Below are positions 1 through 10,607 of a stretch of 64,000 nt of DNA, one piece after another. The DNA is from Myxococcota bacterium (GTDB taxonomy: Bacteria > Myxococcota_A > Bradymonadia > UBA7976 > UBA1532): contig JAYZEG010000010.1 in NCBI GenBank assembly GCA_036337435.1, forward strand, positions 32,001 through 96,000, in the 5' to 3' direction. The notes below the pieces were generated by a model. That model saw only the letters and a program-made list of their open reading frames with translations. It had not been told where the DNA came from and did no database searches. A program made the translations under genes and the position numbers. Within the stretch, counting starts at the first letter, position 1, and the number at the start of each line of letters is the position of its first letter.

Positions 1-317
1 CAATTGTCGCAGCCGTCTCCAATGCCGTCACCGTCGCGGTCAAACTGCTCCGGATTCCGAACACGTGGACAGTTGTCGGAGTTATCCTCAATGCCGTCGT
101 CATCGAAGTCATCGGCGCGCTGGTACGTGTCGCCAAGGTCGGTGTTATTAATGAGGACGGCACCGCCCCCGCCACCGCCGCCGCCGCCGCTCATATTCGG
201 CGTTCCGCAGTCGCCGAAGTTGTTATCGCACTCAAATGGTGCGTCCTGCGCTGATACGACGAGCGGGAACATGGCCGCTGCCGTAAGCGTAACGAGTAAA
301 CGAATCGATGCCGCCAT
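1..317 (-). CDS. Secreted thrombospondin type-3 repeat protein, 5' part only (runs off the window)
   Basis: Not in the ORF track; translated by hand from ATG 317 with GAGGAG upstream: [104 protein letters not shown]. Signal peptide plus DxDxDG..DNCP repeats. Confidence 0.85.
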   Translation of the reverse strand, partial: MAASIRLLVTLTAAAMFPLVVSAQDAPFECDNNFGDCGTPNMSGGGGGGGGGAVLINNTDLGDTYQRADDFDDDGIEDNSDNCPRVRNPEQFDRDGDGIGDGCDN

Positions 318-534
318 AATGTGTCTCCTCATTTATCGGCTGTCTAGAGAGTAGCAAAAGTGCCAACTGTACTCATTAAAGCACACGTCCGCGACGGCTT
401 TGCCTATCCCTGTCTCATTAACTACGTTTGTAAGGACAGCGTTCGCGTCCAAATCTAACCCCACGCTATAAAGAATGACGATCAAAACCGGTTTTTTCAA
501 GATATTTCAGTGTCGGGATCGCGAAATTATCGGG

Positions 535-1461
535 TCAATCGTCGGATTGAAACTCGGGGTCGAGAAAAATAATCTGATCGGCACGCGTCGAAAGTCGTAA
601 CATCGTGCGATATCCGGATGTTTTTCTTTCGAACAAATCTTTCACATCGAGCACACCGGCCTTCCTCAATTGGCTGCGCAGTTTGCCCCGCTCAAAACCA
701 AGCCGTTCGATCCCCGAATTGGGATTACCGCCGAGTTTGAGCCACTGTTGATGACTCTCCGGTGCTGTGAGCCAGCCGCCCTCCGTGTAACTCTCATCTC
801 TGCGGACCAATGCATAGGCAGCCAGTACGCGGACGCACTCCCCTGTGACTCTGACAGAGCTTTCGTCGCTTTCGAAACAGGCCCAAAGCTCCGAAACTGA
901 AATTCGCAGGCTGCATTCATCGATGATCAAATGAAGTTGAGCCACCAACGTCGGTGCACCGAGAACCGGAAAGAAGAGACGATATAGCGAGGTCCCCGAA
1001 CTGACAAGATCACCATCTTTCAACTCGTAGGATGCGTCAGCTCCATGTTCCCATCCAAACCGATAAAAGCGGTCATCGACACACTCGTAGAGGTCATCTA
1101 ACGCATCTCCGCTGACGAACTCATTGTTTTCGACATTCATCGCGAATGCTTGTGGCGGAGTTGTATCGGTTAATTCAGCAACGATGCCGTCATCGATGGT
1201 AATGCGGGCGACACGGCGACTTAGGCTATTGATGATACGCCAGCCGTTTTGATCAACCGAACCGGACCCTCTCGTTTCATCGACACGATTGAGCGGTCGC
1301 CAACCCCAATTTTGACCTAACCAACGAATCTCAAACCAGAACTGAGGCACACTGGATGAAAAAAACCGGGCATGACAGCTCCAATGCCGCCCAACAAGAC
1401 AAACCTCTGATATGGGAATGATTCGCGTAGTAGAACCATCTGTTAATTTCAACGCCCCCAT
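535..1461 (-). CDS. FHA-like domain protein with probable C-terminal DNA-binding region
   Basis: N-terminal LVGR..C motif resembles FHA; basic C-terminal helix (RGKLRSQLRKAGV). Confidence 0.6.
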   Translation of the reverse strand: MGALKLTDGSTTRIIPISEVCLVGRHWSCHARFFSSSVPQFWFEIRWLGQNWGWRPLNRVDETRGSGSVDQNGWRIINSLSRRVARITIDDGIVAELTDTTPPQAFAMNVENNEFVSGDALDDLYECVDDRFYRFGWEHGADASYELKDGDLVSSGTSLYRLFFPVLGAPTLVAQLHLIIDECSLRISVSELWACFESDESSVRVTGECVRVLAAYALVRRDESYTEGGWLTAPESHQQWLKLGGNPNSGIERLGFERGKLRSQLRKAGVLDVKDLFERKTSGYRTMLRLSTRADQIIFLDPEFQSDD

Positions 1462-1657
1462 TTAACGCCCCACACAGTCCACACGTCTCCACTAATCAAA
1501 CCACGCCCACCGAAAGCACGTGGTGCGCAAATATGACTGGGATGCAGTTATGATATGAATTGAGCTGCTGATTTTGCAAGAGGCGTTAGACAAAAACCCC
1601 CTCTACACAACCAGCAGACCAATGGGTTTAGAGCCCTTCGAAAGACTCCAGAGCCCC

Positions 1658-1999
1658 CTAGAAGGCGGTCCAAAGAAATCGTTTAAAATCAACGAGGCCT
1701 CGGTCTGAGAAAACAATACCCTCCACTTCGAGGAGATTTTTCTGCAATTGAGCGCGTACAGATTGACCCCGACCACTGATGTAACCACGACTGTTTATAA
1801 TTCGATGCCACGGGACGTCGGCGTCTTTGTCCGTAATCGACGCAAGAGCCCAGCCAACATGTCTCGCCACTCTCGGACTTCCAAGTTGTGTTGCGATTTG
1901 GCCGTAGGTAGACACCCGACCAGCGGGGACACGACGCACCAAATCATAGACACGTTGGTGGAAGCCGGGTCCGACAATCTTAGGTTCTAGTTGCGTCAC
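1658..1999 (-). CDS. Alkyltransferase-like (ATL/YbaZ, MGMT family) protein
   Basis: VPAGRVSTYGQIA, ARHVGWAL and PWHRI (Trp in place of the catalytic Cys of PCHR). Confidence 0.9.
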   Translation of the reverse strand: MTQLEPKIVGPGFHQRVYDLVRRVPAGRVSTYGQIATQLGSPRVARHVGWALASITDKDADVPWHRIINSRGYISGRGQSVRAQLQKNLLEVEGIVFSDRGLVDFKRFLWTAF

Positions 2000-2047
2000 A
2001 GATACTCCAAGTAAAGATGTCCAAGGCAGCCGGGCGACCCAGGGGGG

Positions 2048-3505
2048 TCAATCGATTGTGCAAAAGGCTGGAAAACTGACGTTTAATCCAGTCTGGAACG
2101 GACTCGGCGAATTCAGCCTGTGGGCAAATAAAAATTCGAGAAACCAAGGGGTGAACAGCGGCTTCCACTCATGCCCTGTATCGTGATTACACGTCGCAAC
2201 AAGGTGGCCATTGGATTTAAGCTTAGGAATGGCATCACTGGCGAAGGTAGAAAAGTTTTGACCTGCCGACTCATCGCAATCACCACCCCAACCGTAAATG
2301 ATCGGCATGGTGTTGGCGTTTGAATTAGGCATATCAAAAATAATTCCGCCCGAGTTGATTGCAGCTGCAGCAACAGTCTCTGCAAATTGACTCACAAGAA
2401 ACGTTGTGAACATGCCTCCGCCGCTGTCTCCCGCAAGATACAGTCGTTCAGGATCAGCGCCGAGTGTTTGTTGAGCACATGTCAGTAAGTCATCCACCAA
2501 AGCGACGTCTGGATTATCGCCAGGCCGCCCTTGATCCCATTCGATTGCCAAACGCCGGGAGTAGGGTGAGATCAAGATAAAATCAAAGGGGTCTACCAAT
2601 CGATTCATGGCCGTGTCTTCTTCAATATCATCGACTTGATCCGCATTGATTCCATGAAACAGCAAGACTGTTTTGTACCGACCTTGCTGCGAGTGAGACT
2701 GCGGAAGTCGAATTCTCACCGTCCGTTCAATGCCGCAACTCGTAATGATGTTTTCCCCACTCACGAGGTTTGGACAGGCGTTCGGTTCGATCCGTTCACA
2801 TGTTGTTTCCGCACCAGAGGAGCTGCAGCCATATGGTGAATCGGGCCTACGTTCAGACCACGGAACACCTCCAAAAGTGCTCTGCTGGAGCGCTAAGTCT
2901 AGAGTTTCAACCTCCCCTTGAACAAAGCCACAGATCGAGGCATTGCCCGTTACAACACCAATGAATTCTAGATCGAAGACCACATCGCTGCCCGTAGGGC
3001 TAAAATCACCGGGCATGACCGCATTTTCAAATGCCGCGACAAACTGCCCATTTTCATCCACATTCACATCACTGGCGACAGCGAACGGCTCGCTGACTTG
3101 ATCGTCCTTGTAGGCTCTCAGCCGAAGCTCGCTGAATCGCAAGCCTTGGTCATCAGCAAACACATCAATTTCGAGCTGGGTGTCGAGGAAAAAGTCGATT
3201 TCGGCCAGATAAATTCGCAGAAAATAAGCATCTGACTGCAAGGGGTCTTCACTGCCTTCAGGAAGCAAACTGCGGACATCGACATCGGGCATGTCTTCAT
3301 TGGTTTCAGCGGGCATTGACATGGATACAGACGTCGGTTCCATCACCGGATTTCCGTCTTGTTCTTCACAGCTTCGATAATCGTGATAGGTGCCACCGAG
3401 TTGGTATGGATCTGTCGTCGATTTATGGGAATCACCACTGCAGCCAAATACAAGCACGACAAGGCTGGTGAGCCCAACTCTAAACCCAACAATTTGATTT
3501 TTCAT
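2048..3505 (-). CDS. Lipoprotein with C-terminal alpha/beta-hydrolase (PHB-depolymerase-like esterase)
   Basis: Start 3505 with GAGGAG; lipobox VFGC; LLFHG oxyanion motif, GDSGG nucleophile, GHEW. Confidence 0.75.
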   Translation of the reverse strand: MKNQIVGFRVGLTSLVVLVFGCSGDSHKSTTDPYQLGGTYHDYRSCEEQDGNPVMEPTSVSMSMPAETNEDMPDVDVRSLLPEGSEDPLQSDAYFLRIYLAEIDFFLDTQLEIDVFADDQGLRFSELRLRAYKDDQVSEPFAVASDVNVDENGQFVAAFENAVMPGDFSPTGSDVVFDLEFIGVVTGNASICGFVQGEVETLDLALQQSTFGGVPWSERRPDSPYGCSSSGAETTCERIEPNACPNLVSGENIITSCGIERTVRIRLPQSHSQQGRYKTVLLFHGINADQVDDIEEDTAMNRLVDPFDFILISPYSRRLAIEWDQGRPGDNPDVALVDDLLTCAQQTLGADPERLYLAGDSGGGMFTTFLVSQFAETVAAAAINSGGIIFDMPNSNANTMPIIYGWGGDCDESAGQNFSTFASDAIPKLKSNGHLVATCNHDTGHEWKPLFTPWFLEFLFAHRLNSPSPFQTGLNVSFPAFCTID

Positions 3506-3664
3506 CTCGCTCCTCAACTGAGATTTGGTGGCGCAATTCATTGGGTCAATGCCCATGACGAACGCCTGAGGTTGTCTGCAACTCAGCTTAGTCAAGTGAA
3601 TTGCTGCTCTTCAAGCCCATCCCAAAGGTGACCGATACAGATGAGTGATGAGTAACCCGTGACG

Positions 3665-4453
3665 TCAGGACCGAAACGCCTTCTTCTTCCGCGCCATCAC
3701 TTGTTCAAGCTTGGCCCAGTTCTCTTTCACATCCGGTTCTGTCTGTACCACGACCGCATCCGATGACGAGTCAAAAAGTGGCTCTCGTTTGGCGTGTAAT
3801 AGATCCGATTCCGTCATCAGTGCGCCCTCAAAATTCACGTCTCTGAGGTCTGCACCCTTAAAATTAGCCCCCCTCAAATCGGCCGCTTCAAAACACGCCA
3901 TCCGGAGAGAGCTGCCTCGCATATCCAGGTGCTCGAGATCCATGTTACGAAGACCGGTATCTTTCAGAACTGACGACAATTCATCGGGTCCGTCAGGCCA
4001 TGGTGAAATCGAATCAACCAGAATGTTGGACGCCCGGAGTCGCTGCGCCATGATGCGGGACAGGTTGCGATAAATTTTGAGAGACAAACTGTGGGGCGCG
4101 TTTTCAAGAAGCGTTTCAGAAAACGCAAATAAGTTGACCTCAGTGGCTGCCACGACACTGGCTGAGCGAGGCGCATTATCGATCAATGACATCTCGCCAA
4201 CAGTCGCACCTGGTTCGAGTCGAGCAAGCTCGTCTCCACGGCCATTACTGTCGGATGTGACAACGAGTTGGCCGGCCATCAAAACAAACAGAGATTGAGC
4301 CGGTGTCCCTGCTGAAATCAAAACACTGCCGGCCTCCAAACGACGCGGCTTTGCTTGCTTCAGAAGGTATGAAATCTCGGAGGGGCTCAGGTCGCTAAAA
4401 AGCCTGACTTTTTCAATGAGCCTGCTCAACTTGTCCTTGATCGCCAAGGCCAT
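3665..4453 (-). CDS. Cyclic-nucleotide-binding domain plus pentapeptide-repeat protein
   Basis: GEMSLIDNAPRSASVVA cNMP cassette; ADLRG/ANFKG/ADLRD repeats; likely start at 4453. Confidence 0.85.
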   Translation of the reverse strand: MALAIKDKLSRLIEKVRLFSDLSPSEISYLLKQAKPRRLEAGSVLISAGTPAQSLFVLMAGQLVVTSDSNGRGDELARLEPGATVGEMSLIDNAPRSASVVAATEVNLFAFSETLLENAPHSLSLKIYRNLSRIMAQRLRASNILVDSISPWPDGPDELSSVLKDTGLRNMDLEHLDMRGSSLRMACFEAADLRGANFKGADLRDVNFEGALMTESDLLHAKREPLFDSSSDAVVVQTEPDVKENWAKLEQVMARKKKAFRS

Positions 4454-4951
4454 CCCCCAATCCAGAGTCAACACGTCGCAATGCACAGGCGTCTTACTTA
4501 AGCGATCTAAGCACTTAAGACAAATCAAAACAAACCCACAGCAAAACCGCGAATCATGTTTGCCTGATACAGCCTGTAGTGGCCTATATGGCCGACAAAG
4601 AAGGACCTTGGTTCGGTGAGAACGAATCCACACCGAGTTGGATGACCAAGTGGACGTCTGATATACGGCATTCGAACAGCAAGTGACCGGCTTACAGTAT
4701 GCCTGAGTGATTGGGATAAAAACGGAGAGCGATGCAACCCAAAGTCTGCTGGTGACCTCTTTAAGCGTGTACTCACAGGGCGAGGCTGACTGCTTTCAAA
4801 CAGCACCGGCCGCGCGGGTCACGCAAGACTTCGGGCCAGAATCGAACGGGTTAAAGTGGACCGAATGCAGCCAGGCGCTAGCTGTGTGGGCGAGGACAGT
4901 GTATTTGAACAGAGTGGCGCTGAATGCATCAGCAGGGGGTTTAAATCAACG

Positions 4952-5983
4952 ATGAAAAAACGAACCGGGATTCTTCTCACCCAACTCGGCACGCCGAAAG
5001 CGGCGACGGTGGGTGCTGTACGTCCTTACCTTCGGCAATTCTTAAACGACCCCCGAGTGATCGACATTCCAGCGTTGGTCCGACTGGTTTTAGTGAATCT
5101 CGTCATCGTCCCATTTCGCGCGCCGAAATCGACCAAGATTTACAAGGAACTCTGGGAGTATGGTAACGGGCGATCCCCCTTGTTGACCATCACCAAAGCA
5201 CTCACCGAAGAATTAAATTCACGGCTCAACGACGATGATATTTTTGTCCATATGGCAATGCGGTATCAGGAGCCGTCCATGGACTCAGTCCTCGAGTCGA
5301 TGCAACGCGAAAACTATGACAAGATCGTCATCCTGCCCATGTTTCCCCATTATGCATCGTCTAGTTCTGGTTCAGCCATTCAAAGGGCGATGGACATCAT
5401 CGCGAAGTGGTGGGTCATTCCGGAACTCGAAGTTGTCAGCCAATTTTACGATGCCGAGTTCTACATCGATACACTCGTCGAGCAAGCGCAGAAGCATGAT
5501 CTAGACTCCTATGACCACATTATCATGAGCTACCACGGGCTTCCCGACCGCCACGTGGACAAAGTGTATTTGGACAAAGCAGACCTATGCGCACAACATA
5601 ATTGCGAAACGGTGCTCGATGATACAAACAAGTTTTGTTACAAAGCCACCGCCTTTGAGACGTCGCGTCTGATCGCTGAAAAGATGGGACTTGATGACGA
5701 TGATTATACGGTGGCTTTCCAATCGAGATTGGATAAGAAGTGGTTGACACCCTTCAGTGATGAGGTGGTCGAAGAGTTGGCCAAAGCGGGTAAAAAGCGG
5801 CTGCTGGTTTTCTCGCCTGCTTTTGTGGCTGACTGCCTCGAAACAATCATCGAAATCGGGTCGGAGTATCAGGAAATCTTCGAAGAGCACGGCGGTGAGA
5901 AAGTTCAGCTTGTCGCCAGTTGCAACACGGAAGAAACGTGGGTCAGCGGTCTCAGCGAGTTCATTCGCGAACGACGCGCATAG
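4952..5983 (+). CDS. hemH: Ferrochelatase
   Basis: LGTP, AMRYQEP, PMFPHY, SYHGLP, FQSRL, WLTP, FVADCLETI.EI motifs. Confidence 0.95.
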   Translation: MKKRTGILLTQLGTPKAATVGAVRPYLRQFLNDPRVIDIPALVRLVLVNLVIVPFRAPKSTKIYKELWEYGNGRSPLLTITKALTEELNSRLNDDDIFVHMAMRYQEPSMDSVLESMQRENYDKIVILPMFPHYASSSSGSAIQRAMDIIAKWWVIPELEVVSQFYDAEFYIDTLVEQAQKHDLDSYDHIIMSYHGLPDRHVDKVYLDKADLCAQHNCETVLDDTNKFCYKATAFETSRLIAEKMGLDDDDYTVAFQSRLDKKWLTPFSDEVVEELAKAGKKRLLVFSPAFVADCLETIIEIGSEYQEIFEEHGGEKVQLVASCNTEETWVSGLSEFIRERRA

Positions 5984-6070
5984 GTCGACATCGTTGAGGG
6001 AACTCGGACAGACTGACTCGACGGGTCGGCGGTCTTCTTGGGTCGATACCGTCGTTCGGTTACACAGCCA

Positions 6071-6943
6071 TCAGCGACTCAGCTGGTAGACATAGTTGGT
6101 GTCATACGTCCGTACGAACAGGCGGCCCAACTGATTTAAGTAAAAATCATCCGGCCCGGAACGCACTTTATGGCGTTTCAGCACGACGCCTGAGCGCGCG
6201 GAGACCTGGTAGATATAATCAGGCTCTGAGGAAAACCCGTATCCGCTGACGATCACATCGCCAATCAGTAAAAAGCGCTTCGCATTAGACACCAGGGGCG
6301 GTGACTGCCAAATGACTTTGCCCGTGGCTGGCTTGACAGCCACCAAGGTCGCATTCCAACCATAAGTGCTCGCGGCGTATGTGTTGTGACCAACGGAGGC
6401 ATACATGATTCCGTTCTGCATGATCACATGGCCGAGATTGGCTCCCACGAATTCTTCGTCACCGCTGCGTACTCTGCGGGGTGCCAGAAGGGCTTCGAAA
6501 TCCAGTGCATGAATGCGTTGACCCGCTGCACCAAAAGCGACGGCCCAGCGGCCTGGTGTCCATCGATATCCGGTTGGTCGTATGCCATAGACGCCGACGA
6601 CGGGTTGCCCGACGCCTGTGGCCGTTGAATAACTGAGCTGCTGCAACCCGTAGCTCGTTGGAACACTCGGAAAGACTGTCCGGGTTTGGTCGACGGTGAA
6701 CATACTGGCTTGGTACCCGACGCTCGCCCTCCACTCATCGTCATCGGTTATCTGATTGCGACGTTCAGAAAGCTTTCTCAACTTAAGCGGCTTCACTTTC
6801 ACTTTACATGTCGCGCCATGGCAAATGGCCTTCGACGGAGTCAATTCAACCTTTTTTGATTGTTTGGCGAGAATTTGCCCAAACGACAATAAAGGGAGCG
6901 CAAGCGTTGAACCAAGCACCATCCAGGCGAATGCACGGATCAT
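6071..6943 (-). CDS. Secreted hypothetical protein, possible PQQ-like beta-propeller
   Basis: AAGGAG before ATG 6943; signal peptide; LVAVKPATGKVIW repeat-like segment. Confidence 0.6.
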   Translation of the reverse strand: MIRAFAWMVLGSTLALPLLSFGQILAKQSKKVELTPSKAICHGATCKVKVKPLKLRKLSERRNQITDDDEWRASVGYQASMFTVDQTRTVFPSVPTSYGLQQLSYSTATGVGQPVVGVYGIRPTGYRWTPGRWAVAFGAAGQRIHALDFEALLAPRRVRSGDEEFVGANLGHVIMQNGIMYASVGHNTYAASTYGWNATLVAVKPATGKVIWQSPPLVSNAKRFLLIGDVIVSGYGFSSEPDYIYQVSARSGVVLKRHKVRSGPDDFYLNQLGRLFVRTYDTNYVYQLSR

Positions 6944-7192
6944 AATTAACTCCTTTGTCTCATCACAGAGTGGCTCGATGGCGTTGAACACCGGCGGGAC
7001 TGGATGTGTTCCCACAATCGGCTTGTTGCCGGAGAAATATCAACGCTGAATTAAACCAGAGTCAACATCTAAACGGCCTCGCTGACCGATTCAGTTCGAC
7101 CTCAACTGACCCAAGTTCGGATCCCTATTGAGCGAAGGCCCATCCGCTGTTAGGCTGCGCCGGTTCCAGACTAAAGAACTTCAGGGGGGATT

Positions 7193-8710
7193 ATGGACCA
7201 GTTCATGAGTTTTGTTGGTATTCTGACTTTGCTCGGTATCGCCTGGCTAATGTCCAACAATCGACGGTTAATGAATTGGCAGACCATCGGCGTAGGCATC
7301 CTGCTACAGGTTATCCTTGGTGCGATTCTGCTCAAGTGGCAACCCGGAATCGACGGGATTTCGTCATTCAGCGACGGGGTGAAAGATTTTCTTAAATTGT
7401 CCGAGCAAGGGTCGGGCATGGTCTTCCAAGACCTAGGTGTGTCAGCAAAATCCGGCTTTCAATTTGCCTTTCAAATCTTACCAACGATCATTTTCTTCTC
7501 CGCCGTTATGGCTGTTTTATACTATCTCGGTTTGATGCAAATCATCATCTCGTTTATGGCTAAATTCGTAAAGAAAGCCATGGGCACGAGCGGGTCAGAA
7601 ACTCTGTCCGTTTCAGCAAACATTTTCGTCGGTCAGACGGAAGCTCCGCTGATGATTCGACCTTTCTTGCCTAAAATGACGAAGTCCGAGTTGTTCACCG
7701 TGATGGTCGGTGGGTTCGCAACCGTGGCTGGTGGTGTACTGGCAGCCTACATCGGCATGGGTGTCGATGCAGGCCACCTGGTCGTTGCATCAGTGATGTC
7801 AGCGCCCGCTGCCTTGGTGATTGGAAAAATCATGTACCCGGAAACCGAGGTATCGCAAACGGCTGGGGACGTCGCCTTGCCAGATATTGATTCCGGCGAC
7901 AATGTAATCGATGCAGCCGCTCGGGGTGCCACCGATGGCCTAAAGCTCGCGCTCAACGTCGCGGCTATGCTGATCGCATTCTTAGGCTTGGTCGCGGTTG
8001 CCGATTGGTTATTAGGAGGCCTCGATTCTTTGATCGATGGCTCGATGCTCGGTGGCGAGCAAATGGCGAACAAAGAGTATTCCGGTTTTTTTCCTGGAAG
8101 CCTGACAACGATTTTTGGAACCCTACTGGCTCCCATCGCCTTCGTCATGGGTGTGCCCTGGGCCGATGCTGCTGCCGTCGGGAACCTGCTGGGTCAAAAG
8201 CTCGCGGTGAACGAATTCGTCGGTTATCAAACCCTGAGCGACTTGATTAAATCAGGCACGATCACCGAGCGGTCCGCCATTATTTCAACCTACGCATTGT
8301 GTGGCTTTGCCAATTTTGGCTCCATCGGGATTCAAATCGGTGGAATCGCTGCTCTTGCACCTGAACGCCGGAAAGACCTCGCTTCGATGGGTTTTAAGGC
8401 CATGCTAGGTGGTGCATTCGCGACCTGGCTGACCGCATGTGTTGCCGGACTGATGATCGGTGCACCAACCACCGCAGAAACAGGCAAAGCGGTGAAGACT
8501 CAACCAGCCGTTCACTCAGTCGTGACCAGTTCCCGCTCCGTTGTTGCACCGACCATTGAGGAGACTGCAAAAACGATCATCAGAACGTCCGAGGCTCAAT
8601 TGGCTCGAGCCACCGTTGGTGCCGTTGACAAGCAGCCCAATACGAAGGCCAATCGCCCTTTGCCGCTTACCCACGGGAAAGAGGCACGAGACGATCGCAC
8701 GGACCCGTGA
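7193..8710 (+). CDS. nupC: NupC/CNT family nucleoside transporter
   Basis: FAFQILPTIIFFS, NIFVGQTEAP, KLAVNEFVGY, YALCGFANFGSIGIQIGG. Confidence 0.9.
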   Translation: MDQFMSFVGILTLLGIAWLMSNNRRLMNWQTIGVGILLQVILGAILLKWQPGIDGISSFSDGVKDFLKLSEQGSGMVFQDLGVSAKSGFQFAFQILPTIIFFSAVMAVLYYLGLMQIIISFMAKFVKKAMGTSGSETLSVSANIFVGQTEAPLMIRPFLPKMTKSELFTVMVGGFATVAGGVLAAYIGMGVDAGHLVVASVMSAPAALVIGKIMYPETEVSQTAGDVALPDIDSGDNVIDAAARGATDGLKLALNVAAMLIAFLGLVAVADWLLGGLDSLIDGSMLGGEQMANKEYSGFFPGSLTTIFGTLLAPIAFVMGVPWADAAAVGNLLGQKLAVNEFVGYQTLSDLIKSGTITERSAIISTYALCGFANFGSIGIQIGGIAALAPERRKDLASMGFKAMLGGAFATWLTACVAGLMIGAPTTAETGKAVKTQPAVHSVVTSSRSVVAPTIEETAKTIIRTSEAQLARATVGAVDKQPNTKANRPLPLTHGKEARDDRTDP

Positions 8711-8904
8711 CAACGTAGACTGTTCATCTCTGTGACCGCTTACTCCAACTGGCGGGTCGGTTCGTGAATGAGACGATAGTGTGACGATCATGAAAAATTC
8801 ACAAAGAATAATGATCTCATCTTGAATTGTCTGGCATACTCGAGATGTTGACTGGGCATTCGTCGCATTTGTGCACGAGCAATGAACACCAGTCTAAACC
8901 GCAC

Positions 8905-8940
8905 ATTCACCCGAAGACCAGTGTGGTTTTCGAGGTGAAT
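8905..8940. terminator. Hairpin between convergent nupC and phoD, possible terminator
   Basis: ATTCACC-CGAAGACCA-gtg-TGGTTTTCG-a-GGTGAAT inverted repeat. Confidence 0.45.
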
Positions 8941-8979
8941 GATGCTTATACCTCCCGAAAAAAAGAGCCTTAGCGACGT

Positions 8980-10356
8980 TTACTCCGACGAGTTTGGCTG
9001 CTTCAAAACGCCTCGATATGTGATTTCACCGGTATTCGAATCAATGAATGTCACGGTGACCGAGTCTGTAATCGGGTCAAAATTAAGGGTCGTGGCTGCC
9101 CAATCGCCCGATGAATATTCGACTTGTTCTGCCTCAAAAAACCTTTCAAATAAAGCCGGGTCAGATGAGGCCAATTCATATCGAGCACTTTTTTTACTGC
9201 CACCCGGGCCGCACAAGATTTCCCAAATGTTTCGCCTTAAACCGGTTTTTTCGACACGCCAAACAGCCCCCATGTGAAAATCACCAGATAGAAACCACAC
9301 ATTACGGATAGGGGAATCCGTAATAAAATTGAGTAGTTCATCACGTTGATCGGGAAACCCTTGCCAACGTTCATTCTCCGCAAACCAGACTGATGGTAGC
9401 TCGGCTATCGGCACAGAGTTTAGGATTACTTTGAAATGACAGTCGCTTTCTGCGAGTGCTGATTTGAGCCAGTTCATTTGCGCAACCGACATATATCGGT
9501 CCTCGGCCGGTGTGCGCTCATGTCGACAATCCAATACGAAAAACTCCGCGGTCTTACCCCATGTGTAGCTTGTCCACAACGAGCCGTTGGATCCACGCTG
9601 AGTCGGTGTTGATTCGAAGAAGGCATCAATCCCGATCTGGCGAATCACCGGATCAATATCCAGAAGTTCGTCATTATTAGCGACCTCATGGTCATCCCAA
9701 GTCTGATAGCTCCCAACCGAGCTCAGCAATTGACGATACTGTTCATTCTTCAATGTCAGGCCCCAAGCGGTCCTGAACTCGTCTCGGGTGGATGCACCAT
9801 CGTTGTAACTCATGTCACCGAGATGGCAGAACAGGTCAAGCGGCAAAGTTGCCAGCGTGAGCAACGATGGAAAAGGCGCCCGTCCAGCAGATGTACATGC
9901 GGTCGCACCGATGAGCAAAGGTCGCAGGGTTTCAGCCCGATCGACGGTTCTAAAGCGACCGATATCGGACCAAGTCTGGGTCTCCGATAGCCAGCCAAAT
10001 CGATAAACTTGTTCTAAAGCCAAATCCGTCACGCGAACTTTGAGATAACCTGACTCGGATTCAACCCATTGATCCAAGACAGCATATTCCGGCCGGTCTT
10101 CCTCTCGCCACACCAACAATCGAGCCGCATCGGAGTCAGCGCAATATCCCCATAAAATCACGCTCGTTCCCGCCATTGAACCCGCTTGGACACCATAGGG
10201 AAATGTCAGTGACCGGCGATCTGGATCATCTGTAAAAGCCGGTAAATCGACGACTGTAGCCGGCCTTTCAGCGTCACACCCGGACGCCGTGGCAACGCTT
10301 GCGACAGCGAGGGTCTTGATAAACCGTCTGCGGTTTAAAACGGATGAGTGTGGCAT
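8980..10356 (-). CDS. phoD: Alkaline phosphatase D family protein, Tat-exported
   Basis: NRRRFIK Tat motif; FPYGVQAG, HLGDMSY, WDDHEV, LDCR, LSGDFH. Confidence 0.9.
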   Translation of the reverse strand: MPHSSVLNRRRFIKTLAVASVATASGCDAERPATVVDLPAFTDDPDRRSLTFPYGVQAGSMAGTSVILWGYCADSDAARLLVWREEDRPEYAVLDQWVESESGYLKVRVTDLALEQVYRFGWLSETQTWSDIGRFRTVDRAETLRPLLIGATACTSAGRAPFPSLLTLATLPLDLFCHLGDMSYNDGASTRDEFRTAWGLTLKNEQYRQLLSSVGSYQTWDDHEVANNDELLDIDPVIRQIGIDAFFESTPTQRGSNGSLWTSYTWGKTAEFFVLDCRHERTPAEDRYMSVAQMNWLKSALAESDCHFKVILNSVPIAELPSVWFAENERWQGFPDQRDELLNFITDSPIRNVWFLSGDFHMGAVWRVEKTGLRRNIWEILCGPGGSKKSARYELASSDPALFERFFEAEQVEYSSGDWAATTLNFDPITDSVTVTFIDSNTGEITYRGVLKQPNSSE

Positions 10357-10607
10357 CTGCCTACCTTAAGGACGTGTGAAACCGAACTGCGAGGAACCAA
10401 ATAATGCATAACCATACGATACAGATTTCCATCGTAAAAGATCCACCGCGAAGGCAAAGCAGTGGACCTTTACAAAATAAACATCCCAGTGCCCTGGGTG
10501 TTGATATCGAACGGGCTACGCAAACGACGTTTCAATGACAGATCACGGACATCGCAAACGCGAGTTTTCCTTGTCGCAGTGAATTGGATGTGACAGACCA
10601 ATAGTCG

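Noticed and set aside
353..365. Minus-strand TGGCACTTTTGCT as a sigma54 promoter for the TSP3 gene
   Set aside because: GG-to-GC spacing is 7 nt instead of the required 10
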